Below are positions 25,918 to 39,454 of a DNA stretch of 62,717 nt, in pieces. Origin of the DNA: Dimargaris cristalligena (Eukaryota); contig ML002236.1 in NCBI GenBank assembly GCA_003614675.1, forward strand, positions 1-62,717, given 5' to 3'. The notes under the pieces were generated by a model. The model was not told where the DNA came from. It searched no databases and worked only from the letters and a program-made list of their open reading frames with translations. The translations under genes and the position numbers were made by a program. Within the stretch, counting starts at the first letter, position 1; every line of letters starts with the position of its first letter.

Positions 25918-26760
25918 ATGCGGCCTACTCTGCTCGCCCATCGCCTCACTGTCCCCCTTCAGCGTTCCGGTGAGTACCATCGGCACCCCCCGCTTGTCGC
26001 TATTCCCGCCTATGATTAAAGCCAGTTCCCCAGCAGGTCTACAACAATCCCCAGACTATTGATTGCCATTACGCTCCGCGATTCTCACTAACCCCCCGCC
26101 CCGGTTTATAATATATCCTGAATTATCTATCCTTCATACGCATGTCTCCGTCGGTCCTACTTAGCTTACGGCGTGCGCACCCCTGCCGTGGCTGCATTCA
26201 GCACATCGGCCGCCAGTCGCGCCTATATCCCCCATCGTCGCCCCGACGAGCCCGAGGAGTTCTACAAAAATGCCAACGTGATGGACCACAGCGCCAAGGC
26301 CCTGCTTATCACCGAACTTTTCCGCGGTGCTTGGATTACTCTGGAACATTTTTTCCGCCCGGCCTTTACCCTGCACTACCCCGCCGAGAAGGGCCCCCTC
26401 AGTCCCCGCTTCCGGGGTGAGCACGCTCTCCGCCGCTATCCCTCCGGTGAAGAACGGTGTATCGCCTGCAAACTGTGCGAAGCCATCTGCCCCGCCCAGG
26501 CCATTACCATCGAATCGGAGTCCCGTGATGACGGCAGTCGCCGTACTACCCGCTACGATATCGACATGACCAAGTGCATCTACTGCGGGTTCTGCCAGGA
26601 AGCCTGTCCCGTTGACGCCATTGTCGAAACCGCCAACTACGAATACTCCACCGAAACTCACGAAGAATTGCTCTACAACAAGGAGAAGCTGCTTAATAAC
26701 GGTGACAAATGGGAAACCGAAATCGCCGCTAACCTCGAGGCTGATCACCCCTACAGATAA
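25918..26760 (+). CDS. NDUFS8: NADH:ubiquinone oxidoreductase 23 kDa Fe-S subunit (TYKY/NuoI). Exons 25918-25969 and 26165-26760
   Basis: Arg-rich presequence, [36 protein letters not shown] and a second 4Fe-4S motif [12 protein letters not shown]. Confidence 0.98.
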
Positions 26761-27526
26761 TCCCTCCCCGGGATATGGTCTGTCCCCGGCCTGGTGCAAT
26801 ATGTGGGTCCTTGGTGTGTGCCCCATTAGATCTCTCTCTCTCTCTCCTTTAATTATTTATATTATGCCTATTCGCTGTAACTTCCTACCCCCCCCCTCTC
26901 TCTCTCCCTTTTCCACTCCATTTTTGTAACGGGCCGAATACCTTCATTATCTGTGCCTGTTTAGGAATCGTTTTAACTAAGCGCTTTGTTGAGTCCAGTT
27001 TCAGTGGCTATTGCCTCTGTTCTATCCATTCTATGCACGCGTCTCACCTATCTTGGTTTTTAGTCTCGTATTGTTCCGAAATCTCAATAAATTCGTGGAA
27101 TCGGCCCTTGGCTATTTATTTATTTTTGACATTTCTAAGGACGTTGTGGTCGAATTGAGCGGCTGATAGGGTACAGACTATAAATCGGGTCGTTATCCGT
27201 GTATAACTTTATCATTAATTTATTAAGCTAAACGTTGGCCGGGGGTAAGTCAAAGCTTCATCCTATCCCTAAACTGAGAGGACCGGAGCCATACATACCT
27301 CGCCTTAGTTTCAGGTTTCCCATTTCGCTTGCCTAATGAGAAACCGCATGGGCCAGTTCATTGAATCTCGTTGCTCTTTCTTTTGCCGATGTTTGAAGAC
27401 CTTTAACTAATGCTCATTAAGGGGCTGATTTCATCCCGTCCTACTGTTTCTTATTTCCATAATACCCATTGCAGGGACACCCGCTGCATTTCCTCTTCCA
27501 TTCCGTTTCGCAGAATCACAGTGACC

Positions 27527-30112
27527 ATGGGCAACGACCCCGCATTACCGCAATTCCCCAAACCCGCCGATTTCGAAACGGACCCGCGGGTGGACGTCAT
27601 TGACGAGTCAGGCAAATGGGTGTTCACCGACGAAAATGACGGCCTTGAGTATGAGTATGACCCCCAGCTGGCCGCTTGGTTTCCTTTGGTAGGTAACTGA
27701 CCTTGCCGGGCTCTAATATCATATAACCTAGCAATTGCTACGGCTCCTATCGCTTTTTTGCGATTGGTACTTATGCCAAGGCTTATTTAGCCGATACCTC
27801 ATAATTGTTTTACCATTAATATTACTATCTATATATTTATTTAAAAATAACAGTGGAATGAAGCGCTAGTCGAATCCCAGCAATCGGCCTATGGTGGGCT
27901 GGAAGAAGTAAGTGTATTTTTTTAGCACATGTCCCATGATATACTCGGAAACATACCTTCGAATTTATTTTTATGACAAAGTATGCAATACTAGACTAAC
28001 CCCAATTCTTTCCGAAATTGAACCATTTGAAATATCGGGGTTTCAATGAAAAGGAACCACTGCGCACCGAATTGGCAAGTGAAAAACGTAAACGAATCCT
28101 AGAAGCACAGACAGTAAGTATTTTGCCTGGTATTATGCATTCATTTATATATCTATCCATTCATGTCAAACGGAGCAATATATTATGCCATTTTGAGCGT
28201 TAACTGTATCATAGTATGGGCTGACCTTAAAAATCCAATACGAGTAATTTTCAATGCTGCTACGGCTCTCTCCTTCTTTACACGCAACTCCTCTACACTG
28301 CAATATCAAATAGCCGAACAAACGGCAGCATCAGTCTGACCCGGCTCTTAAAAAGAATATCAACAGGAGTATATATGTACAGGGCCTACCACTCGACGTG
28401 ACCGTTGCCGAAATCCAGGAAACATTTGGCCGTTTTGGAATCATTATGGAAGACTTTGAAACCAGTAAGTTTGATATACTCACTATTAAAATCCTCACAA
28501 TGGTATCGTATTCAAGACTAAAGGCACTGCGGTGAAATACCCGGGGCCCCAAACTGAATCTACAGTATATGTATTTATTTTTTTCATTTATGGCACTGGA
28601 GCATACTTTACGCTAACTGCTGCATTATCTGATCTTGCTGAATTTTGGGACAGAACTGCCGAAAATTAAACTGTATAAAAAGCCGGATGGCACCCTAAAG
28701 GGCGACGCACTCATCACCTACTTTAAACCCGAATCGGTGTCACTCGCTATTACCCTGTTGGACGAATCACCCTTTCGCCCCGGTGCAAGTACAAATATCC
28801 AGGTCGCCGAGGTAAGCTGGTTTTTTCTAATCCATAAGAAAATCGTCGATACCAAGGTCAATCGGCCCTGATAACCCAAAGTATTGCCGATTCTAACTAA
28901 TGTTGTTTCATTACCATCTTGTCCGACTAGGCGGAATTTAAATCTAGAGAGTCCTCGGATGAGAAACCTGGCCAGCCTTCCAAAACCAAACTAGATCCCC
29001 GGCTTAAAAAACAACGCCTGCAAAAAATGGAGAAGTAAGTCTGCCGATTATATCAGCTCAATTCAGACGACTTTATGATATTACCTGTCATACTATACAA
29101 CCTCACATTTGCTTGTTTACAACTGGCTAATTTATGTACATATACTCTTGTGGTGGGACTCTGCTCGCTATTATGTTACTGTATAGAAAACTCGCTTGGT
29201 ATGAATCAGACGAGCCCGAAGTCAGCGACCGTCATAAGCGAGTGGTTATCCTCAAACATATGTTTACTCTGGCGGAGCTTGAGGTAAGTGCCATCGGATA
29301 TTTCAATGCCTAGTACTGGTACCTCTGACCCCTATTTTATACACTATATACAAAATTGTGATTCCTTGCATTGACCGTTATAGCTCTTGGGCTACGTATT
29401 ATTCGATTATATGCATTTCAGGAGGACCCGACTCTTCTGCTTGACCTAAAGGAAGAAGTCCGATCGGAGTGCGAAAAATTAGGACAGGTCACGGCGGTTA
29501 AATTATTTGACGTAAGTATTGATCTACCGAACATTTAATATACAGACTAACCGCGTCTAGACTGGTCTATATTGTAATAGTTTTGGTCATTATCCATCAG
29601 GCTATTTGTTGGCCTAGCTAACCAGGGTTGTTTTTATTATTTATTTGTCGGGCTGCTTACTTGGTGTGGATTTTTTAGAAATCTGAGGATGGCGTGATTT
29701 CGGTCAAATTCGTCGACAAGACCAGTGCCATTGCATGCGTTGAGGTAAGTGGCACAAAGTAATTTATTGAATAGCTACGAAGGCCGGGACCAGTAGGATA
29801 TATAGGAGCAACTTCAACCTGGATGGCAGATTCTGACTGTAGGTCGGAGTCTGAAATATCCTATACCCTACATTTGTTAATTGAATATGGAGTATTAAAC
29901 ACCTTCGACTGGGATATCCGATTTTTATATATATATTACTATCCATCATTTAGCTTATGGACGGCCGGTGGTTTGGAGGCCAGCGGGTTAGCGCCCAGCT
30001 CTACGACGGTAAAACACAATACGAATACTCCAAATCCAACGAATCGGAAGAGGCGACCAAAGCACGCCTTGAGAAATTCGCCGAGTGGTTGGAAGAGGAG
30101 CCGGATTCCTAA
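27527..30112 (+). CDS. CUS2: U2 snRNP-associated splicing factor Cus2/Tat-SF1 (RRM + UHM), about 10 exons
   Basis: EYEYDPQLAAWFP, SIYVQGLPLDVT, FGIIMED, KIKLY..DGTLKGDALITY.KPESV.LA, RVVILKHMFT, DLKEEVRSECEKLGQV, LMDGRWFGG and RLEKFAEWLE. Exons about 27527-27688, 27854-27907, 28053-28094, 28314-28464, 28654-28811, 28931-29034, 29187-29283, 29422-29511, 29679-29744 and 29954-30112. Confidence 0.92.
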
Positions 30113-30813
30113 TTTGTTTTTAGTTGGGTGGTTGACGATGTACTATGTTGGTTGTCTATAAATGATAGATACCGGGCCAAAAAATGTCAGTATTATTGCT
30201 AAGGCCTGGAGGAGATACAAAAATCAACATAATTGTACAGGAATCTGGATGAAACGCAAATAATTACATAGGCGGCCGGTACACATTGAACCAGTGCAGC
30301 CAGCCTGTTTCATTAAATGATTTTATTTGCCATACAGCTAAACTGAATCTCCTCCATGTACTTTAGATATCATTTGCTAGATGGATGGTGCTGACCAGTG
30401 CGATCCTCCACTCCAATAGTATCTGCTATTGCAGTCATATACAGGTAAAATGGGAAGCAAGTATATTAATTGACAATAATTATAATGGCCGAACCCAGAA
30501 ATATATATAGAAGTATCAGGGGACATGCGGCATCTTAGCGAAGGGTGCTATTTTAAAGTTCACCTCAAGGCTGCCATGCGTAAGGAGAATTCCATCGCGA
30601 GGTTTCATATTCCGCTCCAAGCCTTGCTGGATGAGCAACAGTTCTGACTCAGGCACATGGGGTAGCTCACGCAGGTCCCGCCTATAGCTTCTGCTTCTCT
30701 GACCGGTATTTTTTATTTCGGCCTGTTGCATTTACTGATTGTCTTTACCATCTTGTCCATCTTATTATCGCCAAGTACCCTCCCCAGACAACACTCCTTA
30801 CCAATTCAGCATA

Positions 30814-31403
30814 ATGTCGAAAGCCACTCGTGCGCTCGGTCTGCTTAGTGCTCTTTTCGTGTTTTGGGTGGCGGTTCTCCTAAACTGGATCCCCCTTCCG
30901 CTTGGCAAAACGATTCACGACGAGATCTGGCCCGTGGTAAGTACACCGTATTATACCACCGACCCCCCTGGTTTCCGTCACCCTTGTGACATTGGGTTTC
31001 TTACCCGAGTACTGCTTCATCCTTCGTCATTCCGTAGTCCTCGCCGGTAGTATCATGTGAGATGGTCCATTTGGCCGTGCTCTAAGGTTACTTTTTTTTT
31101 GATAGAGGAATGAATAAAGGGCGAGCCCAACCGTGGGGAATGGGCCAGCTTGCTCATCTTCGTTTCCCCCCACTCACTGCGACACCTGTCACTAATTCTA
31201 AACATTTCGTGTTTGCTCTATTACACTGTCTACCCCATACGCCTCAGTTACCCTTCGAATTCCTGGTCGGACTGGGGGCCTACCTGCTCGGCAGTGTCGG
31301 CTACGGACTTCTCGTTTTCCGTGACTGCCCCGAGGCCTATCATGAACTGGTACAGGAAATCGAAATGGCCAAAGCCGACCTGACTCAAAACAAAATCATT
31401 TAA
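30814..31403 (+). CDS. DPM3: Dolichol-phosphate mannosyltransferase subunit 3. Exons 30814-30936 and 31248-31403
   Basis: About 92 aa with two TM helices and the DPM3 signature LVGLGAYLLGSVGYGLLVFRDCPEAYHELVQEIEMAKADL. Confidence 0.92.
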
Positions 31404-33793
31404 AAGCATCAACATTTCCCGATCATGATTTCCGCAAATCTAGCCGCCCGTTTACCTTTAGCTATCAAATAATAGCACATCGACTTTTCTACTAGCCATT
31501 ATAGGGCTTAATATCACCACATTTGCTGGGTTGCGTTTTTATATAATATATATGTATGTCAGTACGTGAATTCTAGTTGAAATAATCGATCAACTACTCC
31601 AGATAGTGAATATATTTGCCTTTTAATGACTGGGGTGTCTATTATTTCGGCAAATAAAGCGGTATATATATATACGTGTGTGTGTGTGTCTGTTCGTGCG
31701 CTTGGCCACAGCCAGCTTTTCAGCATGACAAGCCGATGAATGATGCGTTGGTCGTTATAGTAGTCACCTATATACATTCTTTCTTGGCTGTTTCCCAGTA
31801 AAAATCCAGTGTCACCTTGTTCATTTCATAAAACGAGGAATACGGCCTGTCCTTTTCGACTAAATTACTACTGCAAGTGAACCCAGCCAAAATGGTGCCG
31901 ATATGATTCAATACTTCTATAGTAGCTTGAGTAGGTTGGTCAAAACAAGGATGAATCTAGTGTATATTAGACATTAGTTCTTGGGATGGCCACTAACATT
32001 AGATAATAGACTTAATATTGCTTGGGGGGGTATTTGTGGGCGACATACTTTAGGGGGTGGATTATTGACAAAATAGTTGGGGCTAGCGAATTTTGCTGTA
32101 GCCATGTGTAGTGATAGGTGTAGTGAATTAAACTCCCGTTCGGAAAGAAGATGTCATGAGAAGGGTACCTCTGAAAGCCCCCGTATTAAACTGTGATTTC
32201 CGCAAAGTACTAGACGGTATATGCATGCATTGAATCCGAAAGTACTGCTGAAATGCTGCCAAGAATACCGGTGGGCAGCACTACTGTCGCACTAGGATTT
32301 TATTTGAATATTACGCATCGAACCTCCATCTAACATTATATAATTATGCATTTCCTCTTGAATGCCCCGTATGTTGCTGTTGGCACTTTGATTGCACTCA
32401 CTAGGTCTAGGAAGCCGGCCAATGTATAATAATGGGAATGATAAGTGGTATCCGCCATCGTCCCGATTAGTGCCGAATGGAACCAATGTTGTCCATTTGG
32501 ATTTTACGTTTCGAAGCGGCATTCTGTCTGCCACGACCCATGGCAAACCGATGCCTTGAAGCACTAAACTGCCAAGAAATCGATCCCCATAGTTGCCATG
32601 CGAATTCATAGGTTGCCCAATCTTCGAAGAATGTCCATCATTAATTGGGAACGATAAAAGATAGGTCGACCCACTTAGCAGCTTCCAGCCACTACTACTG
32701 GGTCACCAATGGGCATACCATATTCCCGGTCAATTTATCCCGTATTAACGCATTTCCCAATGGCGGTGCCTTGTTTGGGACACCCCTAAAGATCCACCCT
32801 AAGTGTGGCCCCCACATCCATTTATACAATCGATTCTTTAGAATGTGCGAAATTGCAAGTTTGGATGGTGGCTGAGCAAATAGTACCGAGTGGGTAGGAT
32901 GCTGTTGCTTGAATGTTATTCGCGGCGAAGGATCTACCCAGAAGCAACCCCAAAATCAGTGTCGTTAAAAGCGGCCGAATGTTCCATGTGGATACAAAAT
33001 GGTTGACAGTTCATCCAGGGATGGGCTGACCTGGGTTGATATATATTACCTGCCGTTCTCGGGCTGACATGATTGGAAACTACAATATATGCGCGTAAGA
33101 CACTATTGCGGACACGTCAGGCATTGTTCGCCCTGCGCATAAATCGCCAAGTTGGCGGAACATCCCGCGGGTAAGTGGCCCAGGGTAGTCTTGGCATGTA
33201 TGCACTGGGAACCCTTCCCCTCTTAATAACCCCCAGGCGCATATACTCAAGGCACGCCCATACATCGCACCCCCCTCTGGTTCAATGCAGACCGCGGCCG
33301 ATTAAATTTATTCCTGGGTCGCAGTCATGAGCGGATTACAGCCTGCATGTCACTACGCTATGTTCTCTCGCTATCTTCATTTAATGAGAGCCGTGACCAT
33401 GTTTTTACCCCGATTATATGCACATACCCCAGTATATATATATATTGGCCATTCTGGCCTCCTTGCAATAGCCAACTCTACCCTTGCGTGTAATATCCTA
33501 TCGTTTCCCCCCTTTTTCAACCTGTATAGAGAAGCCTGTGCCTTATAGCAGTCCAGTTGGCCTGATCGAGTTCCCTTGTCCGAGCTATCGCCGACACCAT
33601 TCCATTTCTGTGCTTCTTTATTCGCATTCACCAAGCCCATCCGTTAGAAGGTACACGCGTTCTCGGTTGCTTCCACCTATTAACGCTGTGTCTCATTTCG
33701 CCGTGGTGAAACTCCACCAAAGTCAACCTCATTCCATCGCCCAGTTCATCTCTGTCCCATTTACTGGTCTCCACCGCTTTTGTTTTCCATAGC

Positions 33794-36700
33794 ATGGCCA
33801 ATGTGACCATTCTGGAACACGCCTGTCGCCATGTCCATCAGGCCGCTGACCCCTGCCTCTTCATTCGCACCGAGTGTGCCGATGTGAGTGGTATGGTCAA
33901 CTACCTGGAAATCTATTACTGCCAAACGCCGTTACTCCACGGCCTTACTCTAGTCCTGTTTCTTGGCTGGCTCTGCTTCTTGTTCACCTGGGTGGGCATT
34001 TCCGCATCCGACTACTTCTCGCCCAATCTCACCTCGCTGGCCAAATACTTCCACATTCCAGATAGCCTGGCCGGGGTAACTTTGCTGGCATTTGGAAACG
34101 GGGCGCCGGACCTATTCGCCACCTTCAGTGCCATTCGGTCGGGTAGCGGAGCCCTGGCGCTCGGGGAGTTGGTCGGTGCCGCCGCCTTTATCGCTTGTGT
34201 TGTCGCTGGCTGTATGCTTATCCTCTATCCCTTCCAGGTCTCGGTGGTGCCGTTTTTACGGGAAGTAATATTCTTTGCCCTAACTCTTAGTATCACCACC
34301 TGGATTGCCTGGGACCGAAAGGTCACTTTATGGGAGGGGGTGTCCCTTATCGTCTTTTACATCATCTACGTCCTGGTGGTGATGATAAGTACTTGGATGG
34401 AAAAAAAATACTTCACTCGGCGCTTTCTGATCGACCAGGCTCGCGCCGAATACGTTGACTGGGGGCAGGCCCAGGACTTGGACTTGTATAACCAGCTAAC
34501 CAACGCCGGTCACGAATACAACCGCCATGCGGGCCCATCGGTCCGCCTATCCGAATCGGCCTCAGAAAGATCGGCCAGTTCCCCCATAGCCCCTATTATT
34601 CGTATCAATAGTGGCGATTCCATCTCGTCTCAACCGTCCTTACTCATGCATCCCGATGATGAGGACAGCGACAGTGTCCGGAGTGAGTTGGTACCTCTAG
34701 TTCCCAAGTACTCCCCCCATCGATTAAGCCCCGGTGCATTGCCACCAGTCCCACGGTCGCCCATAGATCAGGATGAAATGATCCAGCCCAATGCCTGGCT
34801 TCGGCGTAAATCTCTGCTGAGCGCGATTGAGTTTCGCGATTTCTTATCATCCCTTCCACTTTCCCCGAATGCGCCACCTCTAGCCTCAGATACTGAGCCC
34901 CTGCCCCGTTCCCCCCACCGCCAACCTAATCTCTCCATGTCGGATAATCGGCTTTACCCAACTGCATCATATGCCCCCGATGACCACTATACCCGGTCAA
35001 AAAGTGACGCTGGACCGTCAAATCCTTTGCGCATATCTCGTAATGCGCCATTGGCTGAGCCGTCGACATCCAGCTCTATGGATATTTCCTCACCTATAGC
35101 ACGGAATGGCATCCCCCAATTAATTATTCACCCATCGACACCCAAGTCAAGCGAAGCGTCCTTGAATTCGGCCAGATCCACGTCGCCGGAACCCTCCAGC
35201 CCATCTCCTGCTCATCTGGGACACGATTTAACACCCCCACACCGCAACCGACCAGTGGGTCTTCGACTCGAGATCCCCAGGACCACTTCATCCCGCTCGC
35301 TCCTCTCGGTGGAGAATTCGCTGCTGTCAGCCATTTCCCCACGCTCAGTTGACGATGAGCTTCCCTTGACTACGCCCGGGTTTGTAACCCCCGGGTCCGC
35401 ATATTCGGATTACTTTGGCTCGGCCGAAACCAGCAGCCATCCTTCACCTTCCCTATCACCGTTGCCTAACCACCAACTGCATTCGTCGGAGCCAATGGGT
35501 CAAGTCACTTCGCTGCCACTTCCGAGTCCCTGTCAGCAATCGGATGCATCGCAGGTGCTAAGTCGGGTTCAATCCGACCCCTTTACTCACCGAGTAGCAA
35601 CTTCTCTGGAAACAGGTACCCAAGACAGCCAGTCTTGGTTGCCACGCTCCCCGTACTCGGCCCCAGCGGCGGGTGTCCCTGCGCGCTTCGAAAAGCTTAG
35701 ACTGACGGGATACCATGTGTTATGCCACTGCATCCCTACCATTAGAAGTTGGCCAATGGCCCATTTTTCCCACCGCCTCTTTATTCTCTATACAGCACCT
35801 ATAATTTTAATACTCAACATGACGGTCCCAATTAGCAAATTTATATCTTTTGAGCCCCCAGCCGCTCATGATAATTCATCTCCATATAAGACATCATCTC
35901 AAGGCACAACCGTCGGACCTCCAACACCACTGCCCGCCGAAGTGGTGGAGAATGATCTTTTCAACCGCCAACGATCAGCAACCTATGATTCGGACGAGGC
36001 GGACAGCGCATCCGATACCCCTGCTGAGATGGCTCCCACAATCGGCCCCTGGGTCGATGCCCATCTGCCCCTAGCCCGAGTCGGCCACCTTGCCCGGCTG
36101 CTAGTAATTTCCTTGCGCTGCGTCATTATTCCGGCCTTCATCGCATATGCCTTTGACCATATATTCGAATGGGAAGCACCCTGGGTTATCTATGTTGGTT
36201 TAGCTCTAGGGGCCGTTAGTGGGCTGGCTTTTGCCAGCGTTTCCTTGCCCAAACTGACTCACCAGATAGGGATGTGCTTTCTTCAGCTATGGCGTTTAAT
36301 CCGAACATCGGTCCTTTTCCGACGCCGATCGGAATTTCCATCGAACGATCCATCAAGGGCCACCAGTATCCACTCCAGTACTCCAGTCGGCCGCGAACCT
36401 CGAATTGCACAACATCCTCTGGCCTGGGTGGCCAGGTCGCCCTCTATTCGCACACTTCTTCCCGCGTGTGTGGGGTTTGTTTCGGGGATTAGCTGGGTTT
36501 ACCTGACTGCTGACGAAGTTGTGGCGCTGCTCCAGTCTTTGGGTATCATTTTAAACATCAGCGAGGGTATTTTGGGACTTACGGTGCTCGCTCTGGGTAA
36601 TAGCCTCGGTGATTTCATGACTAATTTAACCATCGCCCGGATGGGGCTGCCGGCCATGGCCTTGTCCGCGTGCTTCGGCGGCCCTATGCTAAACATCTTA

Positions 36701-36952
36701 CTGGGTATTGGTATTTCAGCCACCACTTTGACCTCGACCACTCAGGGTAACTACCCCCTCCCCGTATCCAACACCGTGTTCGTTTCATCCCTGGGCACTA
36801 TTTTCTGCATGTTGGTCATGCTATTTTGGGTGCCTGCCAACAATTACCGAATGACACGTGGTTTGGGGTTTATTCTCATTTTCGTTTATTGTCTCTGCAT
36901 GGGGATCAATATGGTATTGGAGTACAATGATGAAAATCACCACGGTCATTAA
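33794..36952 (+). CDS. Cation/Ca2+ exchanger of the CCX/NCLX (Ecm27-like) subfamily
   Basis: Alpha-1 repeat AGVTLLAFGNGAPDLF, alpha-2 repeat LGLTVLALGNSLGDF, and MALSACFGGPMLNILLGIG. Cys-rich N-terminus (NYLEIYYC) and a very long S/P-rich cytosolic loop. Intronless 1052-aa ORF. Confidence 0.92.
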   Translation: MANVTILEHACRHVHQAADPCLFIRTECADVSGMVNYLEIYYCQTPLLHGLTLVLFLGWLCFLFTWVGISASDYFSPNLTSLAKYFHIPDSLAGVTLLAFGNGAPDLFATFSAIRSGSGALALGELVGAAAFIACVVAGCMLILYPFQVSVVPFLREVIFFALTLSITTWIAWDRKVTLWEGVSLIVFYIIYVLVVMISTWMEKKYFTRRFLIDQARAEYVDWGQAQDLDLYNQLTNAGHEYNRHAGPSVRLSESASERSASSPIAPIIRINSGDSISSQPSLLMHPDDEDSDSVRSELVPLVPKYSPHRLSPGALPPVPRSPIDQDEMIQPNAWLRRKSLLSAIEFRDFLSSLPLSPNAPPLASDTEPLPRSPHRQPNLSMSDNRLYPTASYAPDDHYTRSKSDAGPSNPLRISRNAPLAEPSTSSSMDISSPIARNGIPQLIIHPSTPKSSEASLNSARSTSPEPSSPSPAHLGHDLTPPHRNRPVGLRLEIPRTTSSRSLLSVENSLLSAISPRSVDDELPLTTPGFVTPGSAYSDYFGSAETSSHPSPSLSPLPNHQLHSSEPMGQVTSLPLPSPCQQSDASQVLSRVQSDPFTHRVATSLETGTQDSQSWLPRSPYSAPAAGVPARFEKLRLTGYHVLCHCIPTIRSWPMAHFSHRLFILYTAPIILILNMTVPISKFISFEPPAAHDNSSPYKTSSQGTTVGPPTPLPAEVVENDLFNRQRSATYDSDEADSASDTPAEMAPTIGPWVDAHLPLARVGHLARLLVISLRCVIIPAFIAYAFDHIFEWEAPWVIYVGLALGAVSGLAFASVSLPKLTHQIGMCFLQLWRLIRTSVLFRRRSEFPSNDPSRATSIHSSTPVGREPRIAQHPLAWVARSPSIRTLLPACVGFVSGISWVYLTADEVVALLQSLGIILNISEGILGLTVLALGNSLGDFMTNLTIARMGLPAMALSACFGGPMLNILLGIGISATTLTSTTQGNYPLPVSNTVFVSSLGTIFCMLVMLFWVPANNYRMTRGLGFILIFVYCLCMGINMVLEYNDENHHGH

Positions 36953-38454
36953 CTCTCCCCCTCCCAAAATGAGATGATGGGCTTGGATATCTCTTCACAG
37001 TGACGGCGGCCGCGACCCCAGTCCCTTCCCACTAACACATAAGTTTTTTTTATCCAGACTGCCTGTTGGTTTTTTAAATGGGCATCGGCCGTCACTCGTT
37101 TGCTATGTATTTTATTTCATCGGGTGCATCTAATCCCATTTCGTAGACAACCAGCTCACCTCATCATTGTGAAGGCCCTAGTACATTGATATCTTCCCCA
37201 TATAGAATAAACCACAGAGACGCCTTATGACTTGGCCATCTACCCGATTCACACCGCAACTGCCAATCCCGCTTAAATCGCTTGACTGCCTATGATTTAT
37301 TAATACAGTTTCGTTTGGCTAGTGTATATAACTTAGACCAATCATGGATGTTCTGGTTCGAGGATGGTCCCAAGTTCACACTAAAGCTGGGGAGGGGATG
37401 CATCCAGTTCCATAGTGTGTATGCCGCCAAATATATTTGCCAACTAGTTCCTTTTTGGTTGCTCTAAGGGTACCGCATTAATTAGGCTGGTCTGACCATA
37501 ACCTATACACTCTTTAAGTGGCAAATGTATATGGGGAGTTCCTTTAGCTATTTCTAGCTCATTGGTCACCTGCTATGGCTACTCAGCTACCATTTTAGTG
37601 GTTGGAGGATTGGCCGATGTTACCAGCAACCCCCCTTGCGTCCATACCAAGGGATTGTCCAATTGCCAAGCTCACATCAAGGACTAGTATTGTGCCATAC
37701 GGCATTTACTGAAGCAAGGGAAAGCTGACCACCAAGACCACTCTGCTATTTCTTATCCAAGCCTACCTAGTCTGTATTTAATAGAAATGAGTTACCCCCT
37801 TGATACATGGTAAATGGTCTAATTAGTCTGGATTACCAGACAGAGTTGCTAAATAGTTGGCGATCCGGTGCTGGACCAGTTGCTGGTAATTGGGCCCTCT
37901 ATATTCGACCGAATGGGTTTTATTACATCACTTTACATGGATCGTGTGGGGCCTGCTCAACCGAATTGTAGAGTTGGCATATGGGGGAGGGGTTGATATG
38001 GGTGTACTTACTTAATATAGCTAGCCAAACCGTGTGCCCATTGGCCTATCGGCTAAGTTGGAGGGACTGTTGGGACTGAATGTCTGGGAATCGCTATAGT
38101 AGTTTGAAAACAATTCCCTTTTCCTTGCGGGATCGCCGCTTTGTCCATCATCTGGTGCTATATATAATATTACATTCGCCATTGCCTCCCTATCTGGCTG
38201 TCCGTTGCCCCTATCTCTCTACCTTCTTAACCCTCCTCGCTTTTTTCGTTGGGCTACTTTAGGTCCAGGCCACCTTGCAGCTATCATCTATTTTCGACCA
38301 CCATAATAGATCTGGAAGATTATTGCGTACAGTCGATTTTGGCTATCTAAAATTTTACTACTGGCTGTATTGGTTAATTTAATTATTTTTGTACCGAAGT
38401 TTCATTTATTGTATTATTTACTCTCTTTTCCGAATGCTATAAACCTCCCCATAC

Positions 38455-39218
38455 ATGGGCACGGATTTGAGTATTGCCGCCTGGGCCATCCGAGAGGGCT
38501 TGCTTAACGCATTAGGGATATCTTTGGTGAACCTAGTATCCATTTACAACCTCTACCACTCGGTGCTCACCCTGTATCGGAACCGCCAAATTATCCATGT
38601 ATTCACTTTTTTAATGAATTTGGGTGTTCTAATACTCTCCATCGGCATGAACCTGCGTGAAGTAGCCCAGTATACCTGCCGGATCTACGCCCGGATGTTC
38701 TATGCCGCCTACTTTTGCTGTTCGCTCTTCAGCGGCCTCGTCCTATTAACCAAGTCTTATTACGCCAGCAACTTCAAACGCAAGATTCTATACCCTCTGT
38801 CGGCGGGCCAGTTCGTCGCCTTGGTGGTCCTCCTCGTCTCTTTTAACCGAATTAAAGTAGTGCTGAATGACCAATCCCAGCAGTGCGACGTGGTGCTAGA
38901 CCGGGACACGTTCGTACCTGCCATGGCCTTGGAGTTTGCCCTTAATCTCGCTTACTCGGTTCTCTTTTTACTCTATATATTCCAGGCTAATCGTCGGTTC
39001 GATTCATCCCTGTATGCGGTGCTGTTCCGGGACGGCATGGTTTACTGGTTGGTGACCTCCATCTTCCCCATCATTCTCGCCCTGGCTGCCTTCATTCCAA
39101 CCCTTGCCGAAGCCTTTACCGGCTTACTTGTTGGCTACCGTAAGTTATCCCATCTAAGTTTTATAATATGGCCATTCAGAGGCGACCACTGCCCTGCTAC
39201 CATCGAGAATAGAGAAGC

Positions 39219-39253
<35 letters not shown>

Positions 39254-39454
39254 TGGACAACCTTTATGTCCGGATTTTGTAACAGTCTGCTAAATTTTCT
39301 CAATAATATTTTAATTTGACATGTATACCTTTACCCAATAGTTATAGTAACTACCTATATTATCACCTGGCAGTTGAGCTCCGCCCGCCGAAAAAGAATT
39401 AAGAAGCGAATTGACATAGCGGCTATGCCTCCAAATAATGTTGAGGGCCCTTAA
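38455..39454 (+). CDS. Orphan seven-transmembrane (GPCR-like) protein. Exons 38455-39139 and 39342-39454
   Basis: Seven hydrophobic segments after splicing (C|GTAAGT...TAG|TT). Cys at the top of TM3 and Cys in the TM4-5 loop, LFRDGMVYW before TM6, basic C-tail. Confidence 0.75.

Noticed and set aside
26161-26826. 221-aa ORF antisense to NDUFS8
   Set aside because: Antisense shadow of a conserved, codon-biased gene.
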